Positions 1-9,485 of a stretch of 64,000 nt of DNA are shown in pieces. The position numbers and the translations under genes are program-made. The first letter of the stretch is position 1, and the number at the start of each line of letters is the position of its first letter. This stretch comes from a bacterium (GTDB lineage Bacteria; Cyanobacteriota; Vampirovibrionia; Vampirovibrionales; Vampirovibrionaceae): positions 1,827,848-1,891,847 of the forward strand of contig JAUIEU010000001.1 in the NCBI GenBank assembly GCA_030429585.1, in the 5' to 3' direction. The notes below the pieces were generated by a model, which did not search any database, had not been told where the DNA came from, and saw nothing but the letters and a program-made list of their open reading frames with translations.

Positions 1-700
1 CCAGAAGATGCCTTATTGGGTTGATATGTAGAGGGCTGGGGACCTATTTTCGTGGCTGCGGGCCGCTTGGTGTTTAACCAACACTATCTTACCTGCCGTT
101 CAATTCTAATATGAAAGGGTTGAGGGGGAATATCACGGGGCGTCTACTTGTGGGCCTTGGCACACGAAGTCGAGATTCCGTTACATTTCTTAATATTATG
201 TGCGCGGTGTAATATTTTTTTGGCAAACGTTACAGAGTTCGTGTAATGGCCACAACTCATGGTTTCCGCCTTTCCTCCTAACCGTAGGGAGGAGGTTGGT
301 AAACACAATAGCCAACTGGCTGCTAGGCGAAATGCTCATCCATTGGTATGATATGTGTCCACTACATAGAAAGTCTGTGCTGCCTTTGGTACTGCCCTTA
401 CTTGCACTGCCCCCTCAGCATGACGCCCCTTCAATTCAGATAGCCGAGTAACGATCCGTAACAAGATTCGAGATTCACTATCACCAACTTGTCCCTTAGT
501 TGCCTTTAACCAAGTGTCCCTAAACATTGTTTGGATGCTGGCTAGCTTATCCCTACCTAGTCCCTTTGCTATCCACCCCAGATGATACCCCGGACAGACA
601 AGCCCCTGATATTACAGGTAGGCTGCCGCATTGAGATAAGCAACACAAGGAGACAGGTCATGTAACGCTGTGCATTTGACCCCGAGAGGAAAAAGCCCCT

Positions 701-1780
701 ATGGCTTCTAAGACCATTGAAAAGAAAACAACAAAGACTAAAAAATCCGCTGCTAAAGAAACGGCAGCTAAAAAATCCACCAAAGCGGTGGCTGTAAAAG
801 ATAAACCGGCGAAAAAGCCGGCTGCTAAAGCAACCAAGGCAGTAACCAAGCCCAAAGCTAAAGAAATTACCGCTGATGAGGTATTAATGACAGAGGTTGC
901 GGAACTGGAAGCAGCCGCGGCTAAGCCTGTTAAAAAGGGCAAAAAAGCCAAAAGCTTTGACCAGCTCCTAACCGACCTCCGTACCAGTAATTCGGAAAAA
1001 ATCCGCTACAATGCGGCTCGAGTATTGGGCGAAATGGGCGACTTAGACGCCGTTGAGCCCCTAATTGATGTATTGAAAAATGATAAAAATGGTTCGGTAC
1101 GCTTGTATGCCGCCCGCGCCCTTGGCGAGCTTGGCGACGACCGCGCCACCATGCCACTTGTGGAATCCCTCCGTGATGACCGCAACGTGGATGTGCGTGT
1201 CCGCGCTGCCCGTGCCCTAGGTAAACTAGGTGGCGAAGAAGTGGTGATGCCGCTGGTTGTTGCCCTAAGCGATGACAATAGCCAAGTATGCATGACGGCG
1301 GCAGACGCCCTGGTTGAAATTGGCCCCATTGCGGTTCGTCCGCTGGTAAAAAGCCTAAAGCATGATCGTGTGAACGTTCGTTGCGATGCCACCCGCGCCC
1401 TTGGCGAGCTTGGCGACACGAAGGCTGTGAAGCCTTTGGTGGGCATGCTTACCGATGAATGGGTCAACGTTCGCATCTATGCCGTGCAATCGTTAGGTAA
1501 GTTGTGCGATAAAAAAGCCACCGAGCCGTTGATTGGCGTGATGCTAAACAAAGACGAAAACGACCTGGTACGCGCTGGCGCTGCCGCTGCCCTGGGCTTG
1601 TTTAAAGACCCTCGTGCCTTATTGCCACTACGCAGCCTGATTATGGACAGCGAAGAGCTTGGCGAAATTGAAGATACGGCCCTGAAAGCCTACAAAATGA
1701 TTATGACCGAGCACTGGCAAGACCTGCCTGGTGCCACGGCCGCCAAAAAGTCTGGCTCGTCTAAAAAAGTGGCTAAATAG
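701..1780 (+). CDS. HEAT-repeat (PBS lyase HEAT-like) protein with Lys/Ala-rich histone-H1-like N-terminus
   Basis: About seven 31-32 aa repeats 'VR..AARALG.LGD..AV.PL...L.D'; N-terminal ~85 aa rich in K/A/P (KKPAAKATKAVTKPKAK); GAGGA upstream of ATG. Confidence 0.88.
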   Translation: MASKTIEKKTTKTKKSAAKETAAKKSTKAVAVKDKPAKKPAAKATKAVTKPKAKEITADEVLMTEVAELEAAAAKPVKKGKKAKSFDQLLTDLRTSNSEKIRYNAARVLGEMGDLDAVEPLIDVLKNDKNGSVRLYAARALGELGDDRATMPLVESLRDDRNVDVRVRAARALGKLGGEEVVMPLVVALSDDNSQVCMTAADALVEIGPIAVRPLVKSLKHDRVNVRCDATRALGELGDTKAVKPLVGMLTDEWVNVRIYAVQSLGKLCDKKATEPLIGVMLNKDENDLVRAGAAAALGLFKDPRALLPLRSLIMDSEELGEIEDTALKAYKMIMTEHWQDLPGATAAKKSGSSKKVAK

Positions 1781-1807
1781 CCCACTTTTAAGGATTGTAC
1801 AGCGTTT

Positions 1808-1844
1808 AAACACCTCGTCAGCCGTTGCTGGCGGGGTGTTTTTT
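1808..1844. terminator. Intrinsic terminator between convergent HEAT gene and nth, probably bidirectional
   Basis: AAACACCTCGTCAGC-cgtt-GCTGGCGGGGTGTTT followed by a T run. Confidence 0.8.
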
Positions 1845-1851
1845 GTTGGTT

Positions 1852-2523
1852 TTAGCGCAATGGTTTGGCGGTTTTTGGGGCCTTGCGGGCCTTCACGTCT
1901 ACTTTTCGGCAGTGTTGCTCTACTGGGCAGGCGTCACACCGGGCGCCAATGGGTTTGCATAGTTCTTGCCCGTGGCGCACCAGCACCCAGTTAATAATGC
2001 TCCATAATTCGGCGGGCAGCTTTTTGCGCAATCGCATTTCCGTGTCTTCTGGCGTTTTGGTGCGGATGTAGCCCAGCCGGTTACAAATGCGGTGGACGTG
2101 GGTATCCACACAAATGGCGGGCAAGCCAAACCCTAGGCCTACTACCAAATTGGCTGTTTTTCGCCCCACGCCTTTTAGTGTAATCAGCTCATCAATGGTG
2201 TTGGGCACTTGGCCGTTGTAGTCATCCAACAAGGTTTGGGAGATGTTTTTAATCGTCTCTGCCTTGGTTTTGTAAAACCCGGCGGGGTAAATTAGCTTTT
2301 GGATGGTCTTTAGTGGCAGGGTTACCATCGCCTCAGGGGTAGGTGCAATGGGGAATAGGCGCTGGCAGGCGGGTATGGTCACTTCATCTTTGGTGCGCAG
2401 GCTAATAATGCAGCCAATAAGTACCTCGTAAGGGTTTTTGGTCACCTCGTTCATGGGGTGGTCTGGGAATGCCTCCGTTAGGGTGTGGAGAATAGCATCA
2501 ATGGGGATGGTGGAGGTGGGCAT
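1852..2523 (-). CDS. nth: Endonuclease III
   Basis: HhH motif LKGVGRKTAN, VDTHVHRI, and 4Fe-4S motif C-x6-C-x2-C-x5-C. Confidence 0.95.
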   Translation of the reverse strand: MPTSTIPIDAILHTLTEAFPDHPMNEVTKNPYEVLIGCIISLRTKDEVTIPACQRLFPIAPTPEAMVTLPLKTIQKLIYPAGFYKTKAETIKNISQTLLDDYNGQVPNTIDELITLKGVGRKTANLVVGLGFGLPAICVDTHVHRICNRLGYIRTKTPEDTEMRLRKKLPAELWSIINWVLVRHGQELCKPIGARCDACPVEQHCRKVDVKARKAPKTAKPLR

Positions 2524-2784
2524 ACGGCAGGGGTAACCAAGGGTCGGGGGTAGGTTAGGGCAACGGTAGTAGAGTTATTATGGCTAAAATAACCATATAA
2601 TCCACCGGGTGGAGGAGATTAGCGGCGTAGCCTCCGTTGCCTGGTGGGCAGCAGGGTACACTAATAGTACAGAAATGTGGGTGCCAAGCCGATACCGTTC
2701 TTAGTGTCGGCCTTGCCATGATGAGGTAAGGGTTTTATCGGCCCTACCCGTTATCCCGCCATTTTAACTTTGGGTATATGCACT

Positions 2785-4074
2785 ATGGGTGCCTCTAAAA
2801 GCGCCATGATGGAAGTAGAAGCTCCGCCATCCTTAGATGAGCGGATGAACCGTGGGCAGCAAGAGCACGGTGCCCAGCAATTCCATGATGCCAAAGATAC
2901 CTTCCAGGCCATTGTGCGGGACTACCCGTATTACAGTAAGGCGTGGGTTAGTTTAGGCAGCGCAGAATACCGATTGCGGGCGTATTTACTGGCAGAAAAA
3001 AGCTGGAAAGAAGGCCTGCGCCTTAACCCGATGGATGTTAGTGGGTATGCCAATTTGGGCAGTTTGCTGTTAGAGCAGCAACGTTTTGACGAGGCCATCT
3101 ATTACTGGAAGTTAGGCCTGCAAATTGATAGTACCCATAAAGGCATTTGGCTAAATTTGGCTAATTTGTATAAAAAAATGGGCCTTACAGCGCGGGCTCA
3201 TAGTTTGTTTCAAAAGTACCAAAAAGTAGCCGGCCCCCGCGATGCAGAAAGTCAAAAAATACAGCGCCGTACCCACCAAGGGTTTGCAGCTTATAAGCCT
3301 AACATTCAAATCGCCCAGCTGGCCCTGAAGCAAAACCAGTTAGACCACGCCCGACGCGCCCTGGACAAAGCTTTAGAGTATTACGTGGGTACCGCCAAGG
3401 ATTACCGTATTTACGGGGCCTTATTTTATAAATTAGGCCGCCTACCAGAAGCCAAGCAAGCCTACCTGCAATCCATTGAGCTGGATAACGATGATGTGAA
3501 ATCTCATATTAATTTAGGCGTGGTAGAAGAAAAAAACGCCCGCTGGGTAGATGCCTTGTGGTGTTATGTAAAAGCCCAACGTGCCTTACCAGAGACGTCT
3601 TCAGAAACCATTGCCAAGTTAAACCGGCGCGTGGATAAAATTTTAAAAGAAATTGCCAGCAGTGGCGGCGGTGCCTTTAAGGCCTATTTAGAAGCCGCCG
3701 TAAAAAGCCGAGAGCAGTACAAGCTAGATGATGCCAAAGAACGGTTGATGCGTTTGCAAGAATTGCTGCCCCATACCGATGAGATTAAGGCGGAAATTGA
3801 GGCAGAAATGCAGGCCTACTCTGATATGGTGGACCCAAAACATACGGCTAGGCAGCATTATTACCAACAAGGCGAGCAGTACTTGCAGCAAGGTAATGAT
3901 GCAGGGGCCTTGTATTTGTTTACCTTGTACCAAGAGCACTTTCCAGAGGACAACTTATCCACAGAGCTGGTGGGTATTTGCGAAGCCTTGGAAGCCCAAA
4001 TAGAAGCCAAGGAAATAGAAGAAGCGGAAGAACGCCGTATGGGCCGAGGCCGTGTGGCTGCCAAACGAGATTAA
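2785..4074 (+). CDS. Tetratricopeptide repeat protein
   Basis: Several TPR units (AWVSLGS, GYANLGS, IWLNLAN, SHINLGV); start uncertain (TTG 2770, ATG 2785 or ATG 2806). Confidence 0.85.
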   Translation: MGASKSAMMEVEAPPSLDERMNRGQQEHGAQQFHDAKDTFQAIVRDYPYYSKAWVSLGSAEYRLRAYLLAEKSWKEGLRLNPMDVSGYANLGSLLLEQQRFDEAIYYWKLGLQIDSTHKGIWLNLANLYKKMGLTARAHSLFQKYQKVAGPRDAESQKIQRRTHQGFAAYKPNIQIAQLALKQNQLDHARRALDKALEYYVGTAKDYRIYGALFYKLGRLPEAKQAYLQSIELDNDDVKSHINLGVVEEKNARWVDALWCYVKAQRALPETSSETIAKLNRRVDKILKEIASSGGGAFKAYLEAAVKSREQYKLDDAKERLMRLQELLPHTDEIKAEIEAEMQAYSDMVDPKHTARQHYYQQGEQYLQQGNDAGALYLFTLYQEHFPEDNLSTELVGICEALEAQIEAKEIEEAEERRMGRGRVAAKRD

Positions 4075-5297
4075 TCTTGCATGGGGGCGGTGGTTGCCAA
4101 GGTGGTGTGTTGGGCAGGCAGTAGGTGGAGGATGCCCCAAGCCACAGTCCATAAACAAAGGGGGGTAATTAACCCAAGGGGTTTGTATAGCCAATAAAAG
4201 CTAAAAATAACCATTAAACTAACGCCCCACAGGGCCAGGGGTTGTTGGTGCACATGGCTGCCAAAGCAGCGCAGTAGGCTTAAAAAGGCTAGCCATAGGG
4301 TAATGCCTAGTAGCATCCATTGGTGGCCAGGGCCTATCCATACAGGGGCGGCAATTAGGGCGATAATTTCTATAATAAGTAAGGAGATACCAGCGGCGGC
4401 CCAGTTGGCTAAACCCCCCGCAGCAGGTTGCTGCGGGGAGGCGTTATTCTCGCTAGGGTTTGGTAGCACGTTGGGCAATAGGCCACTTAGTATGGTATCC
4501 AGTAGGGCCAATAAGGCGGCGGTGGTAGGGCCAATCCACACGGCGGTGGCAATAATAACCCCTTTATGGAGCAACCAGGTGGCCACCGGGGCGAGGCCAC
4601 TGCGTTTGGCCTGGGCCAGGCCTTCGGCTAGCAAAGGCATGGGGTTGGGGGTTTCAAAGCCAATAAATCCGGCGCCGAGCAGGCCTACGCAGGTGCTGGT
4701 AATATGGCTGGCAACCAGTAACCAGGCCACATGGGTTTGGCTTAAGGGCCACACCCAAAAAGAAATCACCATTATGCCTCCCAGTAGGGTGGTAAGCTGG
4801 GTGGCCACCTGCCAGCGGGCATAGTGGTGCAGGTTTTGGGCGGTGGCTAGGGCCAGTAAGGTGTTGGCAAAGGGCAAGCTGCCGCATAATAAGGCCACGC
4901 TATAGCTTAAGGGGCCAGTAAGGCCCAACCCGTAGTGAAGAACGCCCCACCCCAACACGGCAAAGACGACACTGATTAAGGTTTGGGTAATGAGAATTTG
5001 GCCAAACAATTGGCGCTGGTCAGCTTCTGGGGTGTGGGTTACCTGTTGGTGCAGGGGCACTACAATAAAGGTGTGGTGGATAGCGGCAATGCCCAATACC
5101 CCATACCACAGCACTAGCCAGTGGCCCAAGCCTTTTAGCCCCAGTACCAATAACCAGGCCAGCAATACAATGCCGTGCCACAGGCTGGGCTGATGAAAGA
5201 TAGGCAATTGCAGGCTGGTTTGCCAGCCCTGTAGTAACCGGGCCACTAATGGCGCCGGCGCCATGGACGAAGATGAGGTGAAAGGCGACACAGGCAT
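4071..5297 (-). CDS. Divergent polytopic membrane protein, possibly a Wzx/MOP-type flippase
   Basis: About 10-12 hydrophobic segments and size typical of flippases; start moved to ATG 5297 to avoid overlap with purM; family call is tentative. Confidence 0.5.
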   Translation of the reverse strand: MPVSPFTSSSSMAPAPLVARLLQGWQTSLQLPIFHQPSLWHGIVLLAWLLVLGLKGLGHWLVLWYGVLGIAAIHHTFIVVPLHQQVTHTPEADQRQLFGQILITQTLISVVFAVLGWGVLHYGLGLTGPLSYSVALLCGSLPFANTLLALATAQNLHHYARWQVATQLTTLLGGIMVISFWVWPLSQTHVAWLLVASHITSTCVGLLGAGFIGFETPNPMPLLAEGLAQAKRSGLAPVATWLLHKGVIIATAVWIGPTTAALLALLDTILSGLLPNVLPNPSENNASPQQPAAGGLANWAAAGISLLIIEIIALIAAPVWIGPGHQWMLLGITLWLAFLSLLRCFGSHVHQQPLALWGVSLMVIFSFYWLYKPLGLITPLCLWTVAWGILHLLPAQHTTLATTAPMQD

Positions 5298-5353
5298 GTG
5301 TGCAGGGTACCATAATACGGTTGTTGCTGCCCTGTTTGTAAGGATTCTCTGAC

Positions 5354-6460
5354 ATGTCTGTGTCTTCGTCGTCACCATCGTCTTCGGCACAGGCCTACCA
5401 GGCGGCCGGGGTTAACTTGCAGGCTGCGGCTGGGGTGGTGGGGCTGGCCAAGCAGGCTGCTGGGCAAACCACGGTTGCGGATTTACCCGTGTTGGGTGGT
5501 ATTGGTGGGTTTAGCGGCGCGTTTGAATTGCCCGCAGGGTATACCCAGCCGGTGATATTAACCGCCTGCGATGGTGTGGGCACCAAGGTGTTGTTGGCGC
5601 ACCAGGTAGGCGATTTTTCCACGGTGGGAATAGACTTGGTGGCCATGAATGCCAACGACCTGTTGGCCAATGGCGGTCGCCCCTTAGTGTTTATGGATTA
5701 TGTGGCTGCTGGAGTGTTGGATTTAGCCCAAATGGAGCAGGTACTTGGCGGCGTGGCGGCAGGGTGTGTTCAGGCGGGGTGCCAACTTATTGGCGGCGAA
5801 ACCGCGGAAATGCCTGGCCTGTATGCCAAGGGCCACGTGGATATGGCGGGTTTTTGCTTAGGAGTGGCAGAAAAAGCCAATTTATACCCTAAGCCACAGC
5901 ACGTTATCCCTGGTGATGTGGTGATTGGCCTGGCCAGTAGTGGGTTCCATAGCAATGGGTATAGCTTGGTGCGCAAGGTACTGGCAGAGCATAACGTGGA
6001 TGTTACCCGCCCCCTGCCGAAGGCTTCTACAACTATTAGCCAGGCCTTATTGGCCCCTACCAAGTTGTATGTTAAACCGGTGCTAAAGGCCTTGCAGGCT
6101 CACCCATCAGCGGTGCGGGCCATGGCCCACATTACAGGCGGCGGCTTTACAGAAAACATCCCCAGGGTGCTGCCAGATGGTGTGGCTGTAGCGCTAACCC
6201 CATGGGCCTTGCCGCCCGTGTACCAGTGGTTTAATGGCTTGGCCAAGCTTGGTTGGGCAGAGCTGGCCACCACCTTTAATGCAGGCATTGGCTATGTATT
6301 ACTTGTGGATAAAGAGGCAGCCCCCAGCGTGATGGAGACCTTGGCAGCAGAAGATCCTACCCTTGCGCCTACCGTTATTGGCCAGGTGGTGGCCCAGCCT
6401 AATGCCGTGGCCCCACCGACGGTTTTGTGGGTTGATGAAGAAGAAGGCGTGGTGCAGTAA
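5354..6460 (+). CDS. purM: Phosphoribosylformylglycinamidine cyclo-ligase
   Basis: DGVGTK, GIDLVAM, GGETAEMPG, SSGFHSNGYSLVR, AHITGGG motifs. Confidence 0.97.
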   Translation: MSVSSSSPSSSAQAYQAAGVNLQAAAGVVGLAKQAAGQTTVADLPVLGGIGGFSGAFELPAGYTQPVILTACDGVGTKVLLAHQVGDFSTVGIDLVAMNANDLLANGGRPLVFMDYVAAGVLDLAQMEQVLGGVAAGCVQAGCQLIGGETAEMPGLYAKGHVDMAGFCLGVAEKANLYPKPQHVIPGDVVIGLASSGFHSNGYSLVRKVLAEHNVDVTRPLPKASTTISQALLAPTKLYVKPVLKALQAHPSAVRAMAHITGGGFTENIPRVLPDGVAVALTPWALPPVYQWFNGLAKLGWAELATTFNAGIGYVLLVDKEAAPSVMETLAAEDPTLAPTVIGQVVAQPNAVAPPTVLWVDEEEGVVQ

Positions 6461-7074
6461 TGCGCTTGGGTGTACTCATTTCTGGCCGAGGCAGTAATAT
6501 GCAGGCCATTGTGCAGGCCTGCCAACAGGGGGTTGTGCCCAACACCACGGTAGCTGCGGTAGTGGCCAACCAACAGGCTGCCACCGGTGTGGCGTGGGCT
6601 GCAGAGCAAGGCCTGCCTACAGGTGTGTACCCCAACAAGGCTTATGCAAATAGGGCAGCACAAGAAGCGGCGATAATAGCGTTTTTACAGCAACAAGGCG
6701 TCGATGCGGTGTGCCTGGCAGGCTACATGCGGATTGTTTCGCCCCAGTTTATTGCGGCTTTTGCAGGCCGGGTGCTTAATATTCATCCTAGCTTACTGCC
6801 CCGGCACGGTGGGCCGGGTATGGTGGGCCAAGCAGTGCATGCCGCCGTGTTAGTGGCTGGGGATGTGGAAACAGGCTGCACCATCCACTGGGTTACCCCC
6901 ACCGTGGATGCCGGCCCTATTATTGTGCAGCAATCCGTACCCGTGCACCCGGGTGATACGGTAGACACCTTGGCCCAGCGGGTGTTGGTAGAAGAGCACA
7001 TCGCCTACCCCAAGGCCCTGGCCATGGTGGCCAAGGGTGTGGTGGCGCCGCCTGCGGTTGTGGCAACCTTGTAG
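6460..7074 (+). CDS. purN: Phosphoribosylglycinamide formyltransferase
   Basis: SGRGSN, LAGYMRI, NIHPSLLP, GCTIH, DAGPII; TAATG stop-start coupling to purM. Confidence 0.97.
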   Translation: MRLGVLISGRGSNMQAIVQACQQGVVPNTTVAAVVANQQAATGVAWAAEQGLPTGVYPNKAYANRAAQEAAIIAFLQQQGVDAVCLAGYMRIVSPQFIAAFAGRVLNIHPSLLPRHGGPGMVGQAVHAAVLVAGDVETGCTIHWVTPTVDAGPIIVQQSVPVHPGDTVDTLAQRVLVEEHIAYPKALAMVAKGVVAPPAVVATL

Positions 7075-7173
7075 GTTGCGGCTTAAGGTTGTGCCTATCT
7101 GCCATTCTTGGGAAAATACCTAACAAATCCTTTTTGCCCCTATTTAATTCTGATAGAGATAGACTTTACCCTT

Positions 7174-7767
7174 ATGATTGCATTTATGTTTCGCAACCTA
7201 ATGGCCTTGGCGTTAGTGTTGGCGGTGCTTCCTTTTACGGGCTGCCAAGAAGAGTTGGCCCACCAAAAATCCGTGGCCAAGCTAAACCAATCGGCGGCGG
7301 CGCTTATACAACAGGGCAATTATGCCGGGGCGGTCGCTCGGTTAGAATCCGCCCGCGATTTGGTGCCGAATTCGGCGCCCGTGTTGTACAACCTTTCCAT
7401 GGCTTACCAGCAGGCCGGGCAGGTAGAACAATCGGTGGCGGGGCTAGAACAATTTACCCATCAATTTGGCAGTGATGAACGCTTTTGGCCTGCCAAGCAA
7501 TCCTTGGCGGTGTTGTATCAACAGCTGGGCGCTCAAACCATGCCCACCCCAGACGATGACACATCAGAGGATACTGCTGCTGCCACCCCCCAGCCGCCTA
7601 AAAACGAAGCCAAGGCCAAAGAGTACTATGCTAAGGCGTTGACTATTTTGAAAGAACTGCATGCCCGTGCCAAAGATGACGGCCAGCAACAACTGATTGC
7701 TGATAATATTGAGCATGTGGAAGGTGTATTAACGGGTCAACCCCGTAACCTGGTCGGTGGGCAATAA
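7174..7767 (+). CDS. TPR-containing lipoprotein
   Basis: Hydrophobic signal peptide ending FTG-C, followed by TPR-like helices; start at 7174 or 7186. Confidence 0.7.
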   Translation: MIAFMFRNLMALALVLAVLPFTGCQEELAHQKSVAKLNQSAAALIQQGNYAGAVARLESARDLVPNSAPVLYNLSMAYQQAGQVEQSVAGLEQFTHQFGSDERFWPAKQSLAVLYQQLGAQTMPTPDDDTSEDTAAATPQPPKNEAKAKEYYAKALTILKELHARAKDDGQQQLIADNIEHVEGVLTGQPRNLVGGQ

Positions 7768-7768
7768 T

Positions 7769-8920
7769 ATGCCAGATGTGTCTCAACCTGCCGTCACCAA
7801 AGCGGCCCTACAGGCAGCTATTCAGCGGTTTAGTGCTGGCCGGGTTGTGGTTGTAGGCGATTTTGCCATTGATGAAATGGTATACGGCACCACCGAGCGG
7901 TTATCTCGTGAAGCCCCGGTGGTTATTTTGCGCCACCACCATACGGATACCTTGCTTGGGGCGGGCGCCAATGCCGCCCATAACGTGGCCGCCTTAATTG
8001 AGGGTAATCGCCCTAACCAAGTACAGGCGGTAGGTGTGGTGGGTGCGGATGCTTATGCCCCCCGCCTGTTAGAGGCATTAACCACCGCCCGCATTAATAC
8101 GGCTGGGATGGTAACGGATAGCGCACGAGTGACCACCACCAAAACCCGTATTTCAGGCATGGCCAGCCAATCCGTTACCCAGCAAATTGTACGGCTGGAT
8201 AGGGAAGATACCCAGGCCATTACGGGGGCTGTAGAAACCTGCCTGCTAGACCAGTTAGAAGCGGCGGCGAGCAATGCGGATGCTATTTTACTAAGCGATT
8301 ATGCCTTAGGCGTGGTAACGGATGCGGTGATTGATCGCTGCCGCGAGTTGGCCCAAGCCCGCCAGCTGGTATGGGCCGGGGATTCTCACCGAGCCTTAAC
8401 GTTGTTTAATGGCGCCACGATTTTAACGCCGAATCAGCCAGAAGCTGAACGCAATGTGGGCCATGCCCTAAACACCTTTGCCGAACGCTTGGCGGGAGGC
8501 CAACAGCTATTAGAATCCACCGGGGTGCAGCATTTGCTACTGACCCTGGGGGGCGATGGCATGATGTTGTTTCATCGGGCGACAGTGGGCCAACACACTA
8601 ACGATGCAGAAACCTTGTTGGCCACGCCCATCCCCGTGTTTAACCGTAGCGATGTGTTTGATGTAACCGGTGCGGGCGATACGGTTATTGGTACCTTAAC
8701 CTTGGCGCTGGCCACCGGTGCCAGCTTGGTAGAGGCCGCTGTGTTAGGCAATTTAGCCGCCAGTATTGTGGTGCGTACCTTTGGTACGGCGGTACCCAGC
8801 CAGGCCGAATTATTGGATGCCTTAACCCAATTGCCAGAGGATGTGCTGGCCAGTATTACCACGCGCACCATTAGCCAATGGCAGCAAAAGGGGGCCCCTG
8901 TGGCGCCTGCTGCCGTATAA
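7769..8920 (+). CDS. rfaE: PfkB-family heptose-7-phosphate kinase (RfaE/HldE domain I only)
   Basis: R.SREAPV, GANAAHN, TTTKTR, LLSDY, DVTGAGDT motifs; no nucleotidyltransferase domain. Confidence 0.88.
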   Translation: MPDVSQPAVTKAALQAAIQRFSAGRVVVVGDFAIDEMVYGTTERLSREAPVVILRHHHTDTLLGAGANAAHNVAALIEGNRPNQVQAVGVVGADAYAPRLLEALTTARINTAGMVTDSARVTTTKTRISGMASQSVTQQIVRLDREDTQAITGAVETCLLDQLEAAASNADAILLSDYALGVVTDAVIDRCRELAQARQLVWAGDSHRALTLFNGATILTPNQPEAERNVGHALNTFAERLAGGQQLLESTGVQHLLLTLGGDGMMLFHRATVGQHTNDAETLLATPIPVFNRSDVFDVTGAGDTVIGTLTLALATGASLVEAAVLGNLAASIVVRTFGTAVPSQAELLDALTQLPEDVLASITTRTISQWQQKGAPVAPAAV

Positions 8921-8939
8921 ATACAAGGATAGAAAAACG

Positions 8940-9470
8940 ATGACCTGGTTAATCAAAGAATCTGGAAAAGCCCGTGCCATGGCGGCGCTAGTGGTATTGG
9001 TGGTGGTGGCCCTTGGGGTGTTATTTGTAAAGCGGGGGTGGCATACCACGGCTAGCCCACAGATAGTGGCAGATAATGTGCCTGTAACTGTGGTGGTGTT
9101 GCTGGATAGGGTTATTTCCGTGGATGCGGAAAAACTGTTTCGCCCGGGGCAGGGGGTGCAGTTGAGTGTTCGGAATCGCCCGCGGGGTGTGGTAAAGGTG
9201 GATTCGGTGAGTGTGCTGCCACGCAAGGCCCTACTTTCTAAGGCGTTAGAACCTCATCAATGGATCCCAGATGAAAACCGGCCCTACGAAAGTGACGTGA
9301 TTGTGGCCTTAAAAGATACGGCCACCCAAAGCCGCCAAGGGTACGTTACCAAGGGTATTAAGCTAAAGGTAGGTATGAAGGTAACGGTAGAAACCTTTAG
9401 CGCCTATTTGGATGGCACCATAATGGCCATTGAAGCCGACAAACCAGCAACACCCAATGCTTCCGTGTAG
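8940..9470 (+). CDS. DUF4330-like membrane-anchored protein
   Basis: N-terminal TM, RNRPRG, and C-terminal 'G.KLKVG..V..E...Y..GTI' pattern recalled for DUF4330. Confidence 0.65.
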   Translation: MTWLIKESGKARAMAALVVLVVVALGVLFVKRGWHTTASPQIVADNVPVTVVVLLDRVISVDAEKLFRPGQGVQLSVRNRPRGVVKVDSVSVLPRKALLSKALEPHQWIPDENRPYESDVIVALKDTATQSRQGYVTKGIKLKVGMKVTVETFSAYLDGTIMAIEADKPATPNASV

Positions 9471-9485
9471 GGGTGGAGTAACACC

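Noticed and set aside
1113-1417. Exact 26-nt direct repeat CCCGCGCCCTTGGCGAGCTTGGCGAC at 1113-1138 and 1392-1417
   Set aside because: In frame, 93 codons apart, and encodes RALGELGD of the HEAT repeats; not a CRISPR repeat or att site.
2688-2742. GCCGATAC (+) and GCCGATAA (-) as sigma28 -10 boxes; ATGATGAG as a hammerhead core
   Set aside because: Neither box has a TAAA-like -35 at the right spacing, and the hammerhead CUGAUGA and GAAA elements are not matched.
2785-2802. MGASKS as a eukaryotic N-myristoylation motif on the TPR protein
   Set aside because: The start codon is uncertain and MGxxxS is common by chance.
5298-5390. Apparent head-to-head overlap of the flippase-like ORF and purM
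   Set aside because: Disappears if a downstream ATG (5297 or 5264) is used.
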